Source of the DNA: an uncultured Actinomycetes bacterium
Lineage (GTDB): Bacteria; Actinomycetota; Actinomycetes; S36-B12; CAIYMF01
NCBI GenBank assembly: GCA_963843975.1
Contig: CAWJMG010000003.1
Coordinates: 810,001-842,000 of the forward strand
Reading direction: 5' to 3'
Length of the DNA: 32,000 bases
Shown: piece after piece, positions 10,308 through 17,242 of the stretch
Layout of the letters: the number at the start of each line of letters is the position of its first letter
Numbering within the stretch: position 1 is the stretch's first letter
The notes under the pieces: generated by a model
Databases searched by the model: none
Seen by the model: the letters and a program-made list of their open reading frames with translations, nothing else
What the model was told of the DNA's origin: nothing
Made by a program: the position numbers and the translations under genes

Positions 10308-10640
10308 TCATGCCTTGAGGAGGCGACGACGGATCGCGGCGACGTTGGCGAAGATGCGCATGGCGAGGACGACGACGACACCCGTCGAGATCTGGGCGCC
10401 GACCCCGAGCTGGTCGCCGAGGAAGACGAGGAACGCGGCCACGACGACGTTCGACAGGAACGAGATCACGAAGACGCGGTCGTCGAACACGCCGTCGAGC
10501 AGAGCGCGGGCCGCCCCGAACACGGCGTCGAGCGCAGCGACGACCGCGATGGGGAGGTAGGGCTGCATCCACAGCGGTACGTCCGGCTGCAGGACGACGC
10601 CGAGCACGATGCCGATCAGGAGCCCGATCGCTGCGATCAT
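10308..10640 (-). CDS. Small basic membrane protein (DUF1290 / Sbp, Rv1824 position)
   Basis: 110 aa with 3-4 TM segments: MIAAIGLLIGIVLGV..PYLPIAVVAALDAVFGA. Overlaps the upstream gene by 4 nt. Confidence 0.85.
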   Translation of the reverse strand: MIAAIGLLIGIVLGVVLQPDVPLWMQPYLPIAVVAALDAVFGAARALLDGVFDDRVFVISFLSNVVVAAFLVFLGDQLGVGAQISTGVVVVLAMRIFANVAAIRRRLLKA

Positions 10641-11521
10641 CGCTCACCCTCCTCGCCCGCTGTGGCGGTCGACGTCGCCGGATCCACCGTAGCCGCGGGG
10701 ACGCCGGGAATCCGCGCGCGCACCGGCAGCAGCGCCGTGGAGGCCGGCAGCAGCAGCGACTCGGACCGCTCGACCCCGACCTGGAGCCCGAACTGGTCGG
10801 AGACGCCGGCGAGCTCGCGGCCCGACGTCGTGCGCGGGAATGCGGTCGCCATCGCGGCGCCGTCCCCGATCGCCTCGACGCGGTAGGGCGGCACCAGCGG
10901 TCGGAAGTCGACGAGGATTGCGGCGCCAGCTGACCGGATGGCCGTCGTCGACGTGATGCGCACGCCGTTGACGGCCACGGCCTCGGCACCGGACGCCCAC
11001 AGCCCGTTGACGGCGTTCTGGACGTCGGAGTCGAGCACGCGGCCCGGGTCGTCGGGCGTCGCGGCGTCCGACCCGGTCGCGCCGTCGAGGACGACCACGA
11101 GCCCCGGGCCGGTGACGGCGGTGTAGCCGGAGGCCGACTCCAGGGAGGCGATCCGCTCCGCCAGCGCCGCACCCTCCGCCGACTGCGTGAGCAGCACCTC
11201 CTGAGCCGCGGCGAGATCGGCGCGCGTCGTCGCGATCTCCTCCTCCCGCGCGGCGACGTCGCTCTGGGCCTGGGTCGCCCGTTCGACGAGCACCTGCCGG
11301 GCCTTCTCGGCCTCGGGCGCCGCGGCCTGGCGCTGGGCGACCGACAGCGCGAGGACGCCCGCCACCACGGCGCAGGTCAGGACGAACAGGATGCGCGTGC
11401 CGCGACTGGGCCGGGTGCCCTGGTGCCTGCGCGCGGCCTCGGCGTACTCCTGCGCGGCGTCGTCGCGCACGAGCTCGCGCAGCAGCGCCATCGACGCCGC
11501 CGGGTCGCGCTCGGCCGCCAT
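10637..11521 (-). CDS. DUF881-family membrane protein (Rv1823 position)
   Basis: In-frame ATG at 11521 (MAAERDPAASMALL..), sharing one base with the pgsA stop (TGATG). Contains GPGLVVVLDG..VQNAVNGLWASGAEAVAVNGVRI..PPYRVEAIG. Confidence 0.8.
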   Translation of the reverse strand: MAAERDPAASMALLRELVRDDAAQEYAEAARRHQGTRPSRGTRILFVLTCAVVAGVLALSVAQRQAAAPEAEKARQVLVERATQAQSDVAAREEEIATTRADLAAAQEVLLTQSAEGAALAERIASLESASGYTAVTGPGLVVVLDGATGSDAATPDDPGRVLDSDVQNAVNGLWASGAEAVAVNGVRITSTTAIRSAGAAILVDFRPLVPPYRVEAIGDGAAMATAFPRTTSGRELAGVSDQFGLQVGVERSESLLLPASTALLPVRARIPGVPAATVDPATSTATAGEEGER

Positions 11522-12114
11522 CAGGGACGTCGCAGGATCCGTCGGGCCTGCTCGATGTAGAGCACTCCGGCCCACCAGTAGAGGACCGTGCCCCAGATCG
11601 CGAACGCCCATCCGATGATGCGGGCCACGTCGTGGTAGTCGATGCCGGCGGCATCCGCGCCGTCGCCGAGGAGCAGGAGCGGGAAGGCGTAGAGCAGGTT
11701 GAACGTGGCTGCCTTGCCGAGGAAGTGCACCGGGAGCCCGGTGATCCCCCTTCGCTTGAGCAGTGCGAGGAACAGGCCCACCACGACGTCGCGCGCGAGC
11801 AGAAGGATGACGAGCCACCACGGCACGATCGAGCGGATCGCGAGGCCGATCAGGGTGGCCGCGATGTACAGCCGGTCGGCGAGCGGGTCGAGCAGCTGCC
11901 CGAGCCGGCTGATCGAGTTCGTGGCGCGAGCGATCTTGCCGTCGAGCCAGTCGGTGAAGCCGGCGACCATGAGGACGACGAGCGCCCAGCCGTCCGCCTG
12001 CGGCACGAGGATCAGCCAGAGGAAGAGGGGCACACCCAGGAGCCGCAGGAACGACAGCATGTTGGGCACGGTGAGGATGCGGTCGGTCTGGACCTCGGTC
12101 TCCTGCACGTCCAC
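11521..12114 (-). CDS. pgsA: CDP-alcohol phosphatidyltransferase (phosphatidylglycerophosphate synthase-like)
   Basis: Signature DWLDGKIARATNSISRLGQLLDPLADRL (D..DG..AR..G...D...D) and multiple TM segments. GTG start at 12114. Confidence 0.88.
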   Translation of the reverse strand: MDVQETEVQTDRILTVPNMLSFLRLLGVPLFLWLILVPQADGWALVVLMVAGFTDWLDGKIARATNSISRLGQLLDPLADRLYIAATLIGLAIRSIVPWWLVILLLARDVVVGLFLALLKRRGITGLPVHFLGKAATFNLLYAFPLLLLGDGADAAGIDYHDVARIIGWAFAIWGTVLYWWAGVLYIEQARRILRRP

Positions 12115-12123
12115 GTCGCGACC

Positions 12124-12975
12124 CTAGCCGCCCGTCGGCTCGTCGGCCGCCGCTGCGTCGTCCCTCGGCGGTGCGTCCGCCGGTGGCGCGCCCTCCGGGG
12201 CCGGCCCGGAACCGGGCAGAACGGTTGCAGCCGCAGGGGCCGTGTGGGCACCCACGGATGCCGACGTCTTGCGACGCCGCGCACCGAGCAGCAGCGCGAC
12301 CGCGACCCCGAGCAGGATGACGCCGGCTCCCCCGATCACCAGCGCGGCCGGCCACGCTCGGTCGACCTCGAGCGTCACGGCGAGGTCGGCGTCCAGCGAC
12401 GGGGTCGCGTCCGCGCGCATGAGGACGACGGTCGAGCCCGCCGGGATCCGGGCCGTGAGCTCGGCCGGCGAGCCCTCGTCCTGCCGGAGCCAGAACTGCT
12501 GCGCCGACGGCGGCGGCGGCTGCTGCGTGCCGGGCACCGTCCGGGTCGTGGTGGAGCCTCCGGTCGACAGCTGGGCAACCACGTCGTACGGCGCACCTGC
12601 GAGATAGGTGTCGAGGTCGGATCCGTTCGCGACGCCGAGGAACAGCGGAGCGCCGTCGGCCGAGGTCGCCGAGAGGGTGAGCACGCCGACGCCGTCCGGC
12701 ACGGGCAGGCCGACAGCGTCGACCTGGAGGCCGTCCACGAGCAGCGCGACGCCGGCGGCACGGACTCGGGTGGGCTCGGTGGTGACGGTGCCGTCCGGCC
12801 CGAAGGCGAGGCCGACCACGATCCCGCCTGCGAGCAGGGAGCTGCCCAGGACGGCGGCCGCGACCCCCGACACCACGAATCCTGCACGCGACACGTCGTC
12901 ACGGTAACCCCGTGCGGGCGTGCGGCGCGGCCGCGCCACGGGTGCGCCCGCCTGCTCGGCCGACCGAGCGGGCAT
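12124..12975 (-). CDS. Hypothetical bitopic membrane protein (TM near each end, Pro/Ala-rich tail)
   Basis: High G/C third-position bias throughout. TM helices FVVSGVAAAVLGSSLLAGGIVVGLAF and AALVIGGAGVILLGVAVALLL. The start is uncertain: ATG 12975 or GTG 12894. Confidence 0.65.
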   Translation of the reverse strand: MPARSAEQAGAPVARPRRTPARGYRDDVSRAGFVVSGVAAAVLGSSLLAGGIVVGLAFGPDGTVTTEPTRVRAAGVALLVDGLQVDAVGLPVPDGVGVLTLSATSADGAPLFLGVANGSDLDTYLAGAPYDVVAQLSTGGSTTTRTVPGTQQPPPPSAQQFWLRQDEGSPAELTARIPAGSTVVLMRADATPSLDADLAVTLEVDRAWPAALVIGGAGVILLGVAVALLLGARRRKTSASVGAHTAPAAATVLPGSGPAPEGAPPADAPPRDDAAAADEPTGG

Positions 12976-12984
12976 GATCGGCAC

Positions 12985-13272
12985 GTGACCGCTGACCAGC
13001 CGCTGACCCTCGCGGCGCTCAAGCTGCGCTGGATCGACGTCCTCTACGACCTCGAGGCACGGCACCGCACGGCGTGGCTGGCCCTGTTCGACGGTCGGCT
13101 GGCCTCCCTCGACGGCGACGTCCTGGTGCTCGACTTCGTGGACGCGACCAAGATGGCCGGCGTGCACGGCTACGAGCGGGCAGCCAAGCCGACGTTCCTC
13201 GACGCGATGAGCGACTCGATCGAGCACGTCACCGGCCAACGCCTTCGCATCGTCACGACGCGCGACGTCTGA
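12985..13272 (+). CDS. Small conserved hypothetical protein (95 aa)
   Basis: GTG at 12985 within ORF 11632..13272. From that point third positions are nearly all G/C (VTADQPLTLAALKLRWIDVLYDLEARHRTAWLALFDG..). Confidence 0.6.
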   Translation: MTADQPLTLAALKLRWIDVLYDLEARHRTAWLALFDGRLASLDGDVLVLDFVDATKMAGVHGYERAAKPTFLDAMSDSIEHVTGQRLRIVTTRDV

Positions 13273-13370
13273 GGGCCCGGGAACCCGGTGCAGGAAAGTC
13301 CGACACCGAGGCAACCTCCGGGGCACCTGCATCCGTCTCTGCTTCGACGACGAGCAGAGCGGAGGCAGGG

Positions 13371-13877
13371 ATGACGACCGACCACGACGCGCAGTTCACG
13401 GCGTGGGTGGAGCGCACGGTCGGATCACTGCGCGGCACGGCGTACCTGATGTGCGGCGACTGGCATGCCGCGGACGACGTGGTGCAGGACGCGCTGGTGC
13501 GGGTGTACGAGCGCTGGCACCGCATCCGCCCGGATGCAGCGACGTCGTACGCACGTCGGGTGATCACGACAGCCACGATCGACCGCGCCCGGCGGCCGTG
13601 GCGGCGCGAGGTCTCCAGCGACGTCCTGCCCGAGCACGTCTCCCCGCGTGAGGACGAGACGCCGTACGACGTCGTCGGCGCCCTCGCACAGCTGCCCCCG
13701 CGCCAGCGCGCCGTGCTGGTCCTGCGGTTCTTCGACGACCTCGACGTGAACGAGACCGCACGTCTGCTCGGGATCACGCCCGGCACCGTGAAGAGCACGA
13801 CCTCGCGCGGGCTCGAGAGCCTGCGCGTCCTGATGCGAACGCCCGTGCACGCGGGCCTGTCCGAGGAGACACCATGA
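13371..13877 (+). CDS. ECF-type RNA polymerase sigma-70 family factor
   Basis: Region 2 AYLMCGDWHAADDVVQDALVRVYERW and region 4 LPPRQRAVLVLRFFDDLDVNETARLLGITPGTVKSTTSRGLESLR. The ATG at 13371 lies 5 nt after GGAGG. Confidence 0.9.
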   Translation: MTTDHDAQFTAWVERTVGSLRGTAYLMCGDWHAADDVVQDALVRVYERWHRIRPDAATSYARRVITTATIDRARRPWRREVSSDVLPEHVSPREDETPYDVVGALAQLPPRQRAVLVLRFFDDLDVNETARLLGITPGTVKSTTSRGLESLRVLMRTPVHAGLSEETP

Positions 13878-14461
13878 GCGAGAACGACATCCGCACCCTG
13901 ATGGGGACCGCGGCGGCCGACGCACCGGCCCGCGAGTTCAGCACGCCTGTCATCGCGTCGGCTGCCGCCGCACGCACCCGCCGCCGTCGCGCCTGGTACG
14001 GCGTCGGCGCCCTCGGTGCCGCTGCGGCGGTGACCGTCGTGGCCACTGTGTCCCTCGGTCTCCTGGGCAACGAGGGCACCAAGACACCGGTGGCCAGCGC
14101 GCCGACGTCGTCCGCACCCGTGGTCGACCCCGGCGGGATCTCGCTCCCGGTCAGTCTGCCGCTCGGCGAGCTCGTGGGCGTCGTCGACGGCGCGCTGCCG
14201 TCCGGGACGTCCGTCGCCGAGCTCCCGGTCGAGGCGGCGTTCACCCCCGACGGCGCGATCACGCTGCCCCTGACCACGGCCGGCGGCAGCGCCGAGCTCG
14301 CGATCACGGCGAGCGCTGCCGGCTGCACCGCCACGTCGGCGGGCCTGGACCAGACCACGCTGGATGCGATCTCGTCGGCGGTCTGCACCGCGGCGGCGGC
14401 CTACCCGAACCAGCCCGGCACCGTCCTGCCCGGCAGCGGCTCGATCGACCCCGCGTCCTGA
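13874..14461 (+). CDS. Single-pass membrane protein, putative cognate anti-sigma factor
   Basis: ATGA overlap with the sigma gene. Short cytoplasmic N-terminus, an RRRR anchor followed by TM WYGVGALGAAAAVTVVATVSLGLL, then an Ala/Ser/Thr-rich exported domain with 2 Cys. Confidence 0.6.
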   Translation: MSENDIRTLMGTAAADAPAREFSTPVIASAAAARTRRRRAWYGVGALGAAAAVTVVATVSLGLLGNEGTKTPVASAPTSSAPVVDPGGISLPVSLPLGELVGVVDGALPSGTSVAELPVEAAFTPDGAITLPLTTAGGSAELAITASAAGCTATSAGLDQTTLDAISSAVCTAAAAYPNQPGTVLPGSGSIDPAS

Positions 14462-14469
14462 TCGGGGCG

Positions 14470-14500
14470 GAGGGGCGGTGCGCACGTCGCACCGCCCCTC
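14470..14500 (+). terminator. Intrinsic terminator hairpin after the sigma/anti-sigma pair
   Basis: Perfect 13-bp stem GAGGGGCGGTGCG / CGCACCGCCCCTC with a 5-nt loop, 9 nt after the stop. Confidence 0.7.
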
Positions 14501-14620
14501 TGTCATGTCACGACTCGCGGAAGCAGCGGGAATCTGGACCAATCCGCCGACCGACCTGCTCCGAACGAGTGATGACTGCGCGTCGACCGGACGCGCGGCG
14601 GACTCACCCCGGAGTACCTC

Positions 14621-15931
14621 GTGACCTCCACCCCATCGCGGCGTCGTCGCCGCCTGCTCGCAGTGTCGGGCGCCGTCGCGGCGTCCTCGCTGGCCGTCGG
14701 CGCAGCCGTCGGCCTCGGCACGTCCACCGCCTCGAGCCACCGTGAGGCCCCGCTCATCGCGGGCACCCCCAAGCTCGACAACACCGACGTCTACGCGTTC
14801 GTGAGCCCCGACAAGCCCGACACCGCCACGATCGTGGCGAACTTCAACCCGTTCGAGGACCCGGCGGGCGGCCCGAACTTCTACTCGTTCGACCCGAAGG
14901 CGCGCTACTACATCAACATCGACACCAACGGGGACTCGGAAGCCGACATCATCTACAGCTGGCGGTTCAAGACCAAGGTCCGCAACCCCGGGACCTTCCT
15001 CTACAACACCGGCCCGGTGACCCGCCTCGGTGATGCAGACCTCAACGTGGTCCAGAACTACGACCTCGTCGAGTGGAAGCGCAACGGCGGCGCGCGGTTC
15101 CTCGCCAAGGGCCTCTACACCGCGCCGGCCAACGTCGGCACGGCGTCGATGCCCAACTACGCCGCCCTCCGCACGCAGGCGACGTACGCCCGCGGCGGCG
15201 TGACGACGTTCGCCGGCCAGGCCGACGACCCGTTCGCGCTCGACCTGCGCGTGTTCAACCTGCTCTACGGCGGCAACCTGAGCGAGGTCGGCAACGACTC
15301 GCTGAAGGGCTACAACGTCCAGACCGTCGCCATCCAGGTTCCGGTGTCCAAGCTCGGCGGCAAGAAGAACATCATCGGCGTCTGGTCCTCGACCAAGAAG
15401 GCCACGTCGAGGGGCTCCTACGTCCAGGTCTCGCGCCTCGGCATGCCGCTCGTCAACGAGGTCGTCATCCCGCTGAAGGACAAGGACAAGTTCAACGCGT
15501 CCAAGCCCTCCGGCGACGCGCAGTTCCTGAAGTACGTGACCAAGCCCGAGCTGCCGAAGCTGCTCAACGCGGTCTACGGCCTGCCCGTGCCCAAGGAGCC
15601 GCGCAACGACCTCGTGCAGGTGTTCCTGACCGGCGTCCCGGGGCTCAACCAGCCCAAGAACGTCAAGCCCTCCGAGATGCTGCGGCTCAACCTGACGCGG
15701 TTCTCGGGGCAGACGTACAACCGGCTCGGCGTGATCGGCGGCGACCTCAACGGCTTCCCGAACGGCCGTCGCCTCGCTGACGACATCCTCGACGCCTCGC
15801 TGCAGGTCGTCGCAGGCGAGCTCGTCGGCCACCCGAACGACCTGGGTGACGGCGTCGACGCCAACGACGTCCCGTTCATGGACACGTTCCCGTACGTCGC
15901 ACTCCCCCACAGCGGCTCCACCGTCCGCTGA
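14621..15931 (+). CDS. DUF4331 domain-containing exported protein (Tat-type signal)
   Basis: GTG at 14621, 6 nt after GGAG. Carries an SRRRRRLLAV twin-arginine signal and SHREAPLIAGTPKLDNTDVYAF.., the N-terminal signature I associate with DUF4331, then ..SRLGMPLVNEVVIP.., FPNGRRLADD. Confidence 0.88.
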   Translation: MTSTPSRRRRRLLAVSGAVAASSLAVGAAVGLGTSTASSHREAPLIAGTPKLDNTDVYAFVSPDKPDTATIVANFNPFEDPAGGPNFYSFDPKARYYINIDTNGDSEADIIYSWRFKTKVRNPGTFLYNTGPVTRLGDADLNVVQNYDLVEWKRNGGARFLAKGLYTAPANVGTASMPNYAALRTQATYARGGVTTFAGQADDPFALDLRVFNLLYGGNLSEVGNDSLKGYNVQTVAIQVPVSKLGGKKNIIGVWSSTKKATSRGSYVQVSRLGMPLVNEVVIPLKDKDKFNASKPSGDAQFLKYVTKPELPKLLNAVYGLPVPKEPRNDLVQVFLTGVPGLNQPKNVKPSEMLRLNLTRFSGQTYNRLGVIGGDLNGFPNGRRLADDILDASLQVVAGELVGHPNDLGDGVDANDVPFMDTFPYVALPHSGSTVR

Positions 15932-16003
15932 CCAGTGCGGGGCCCCGGCACAGCCGGGGCCCCGCACCGCACCCGTTCCGCACCAGTCTCCGGGAGACGC
16001 GCC

Positions 16004-17242
16004 GTGACCACCACAGACCTCCGCCCCGCTGCACCATCGGCGCAGCCGCGTCGCCGACGCGCCCGCGTGGCCCTCGTGCTCGTGGGCGCCGTCGCCGTCG
16101 CCGGCCTGGTCGGGGCGGGATCGCTGCTGCGCCCGACGACCGCGCCGGCGCAGCAGGCGCAGGAGCCGTCCGGCCCGACCACAACGGTCGAGGGCCTCGC
16201 CGCCTACCTGGAGTCGGTGCCCGATGATTGGCACGGCTGGTCGAGCCTCGGCGGCCTGCAGCTCGAGCGCGCGCGCTCGACGGGCTCGCCCGAGTGGTAC
16301 GGCCGGGCCGAGCAGTCGTTCCGCCGCTCGCTGCAGATCAGGCCCGACGGCAACCCGCCCGCACTGGCCGGGATCGCCGCCGTCGATGCGGCCAAGCACG
16401 ACTTCGTGGTCGCCGAGTCCGGCGCCCGCGCCGCCCTCGCAGTCAACCCGCTCGACGCGACAGCGCAGGCGATCCTCGTCGACGCGCTCACCGAGCTGGG
16501 GAGGTACGACGAGTCGCTCGCGGCCGCGCAGCGCCTCGACGATACGCACCCCGGGCTCTCGTCGTACACGCGGCTCGCGTACCAGGAGGAGCTGCGCGGC
16601 CATGTGGCGGAGGCGCTCTCGCTCCTCGCCCTCGCGGCCGACGATGCCGCCACCCCCTCGCAGGCCGCCTTCGCGCGCTACCAGGAGGGCCTGCTCGCGC
16701 TGCAGTCCGGCGACGTCGAGCGGGCCGAGCGGTCGTACGCCGCGGGAGCGGCCGTCGCACCGGACGACCTGACCCTGCTCCACCTCCGGGCCCGCATCGC
16801 GGTCGCCCAGGGCGATTCCGCTCTGGCCGCAGACCTCTTCCGCACGCTGGTGCAGCGGCGTCCGACAGCGGCGTTCGCGATCGAGGCCGCGCAGGTGATG
16901 ACCCGGTCGGGCGACCAGCGCGAGGCGTCCGACCTCGTCGCGCTCGCCCAGGCGCAGCTCGCCGTGAACCGCGCGAACGGCGTGGAGCCCGAGCCGTCCG
17001 ACGTCGTCCTCGAGGCCACGTACGGCGCCCCCGCGACCGCACTGCAGATGGCCGAGTCGCTGTGGTCGAGGCAGAAGGGCGTGTACGCCGCGGACGCCTA
17101 CGCGGTCGCGCTGCACGCCGTGGGCCGAGACGGCGAGGCTCTCCGCTTCGCCGACCGCGCCCTCGAGCTCGGGACGACGACGCCCTCGCTCAGCGAGCAC
17201 CGTGACGCGATCCGCGCCTCGCTCGCCGGCGGTGCCTCATGA
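16004..17242 (+). CDS. Membrane-anchored tetratricopeptide-repeat protein
   Basis: GTG at 16004 after GGGAGA. RRRR followed by TM VALVLVGAVAVAGLVGAG, then repeated Ala/Leu-rich helical pairs (TPR-like). Its stop overlaps the next start (ATGA). Confidence 0.75.
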   Translation: MTTTDLRPAAPSAQPRRRRARVALVLVGAVAVAGLVGAGSLLRPTTAPAQQAQEPSGPTTTVEGLAAYLESVPDDWHGWSSLGGLQLERARSTGSPEWYGRAEQSFRRSLQIRPDGNPPALAGIAAVDAAKHDFVVAESGARAALAVNPLDATAQAILVDALTELGRYDESLAAAQRLDDTHPGLSSYTRLAYQEELRGHVAEALSLLALAADDAATPSQAAFARYQEGLLALQSGDVERAERSYAAGAAVAPDDLTLLHLRARIAVAQGDSALAADLFRTLVQRRPTAAFAIEAAQVMTRSGDQREASDLVALAQAQLAVNRANGVEPEPSDVVLEATYGAPATALQMAESLWSRQKGVYAADAYAVALHAVGRDGEALRFADRALELGTTTPSLSEHRDAIRASLAGGAS

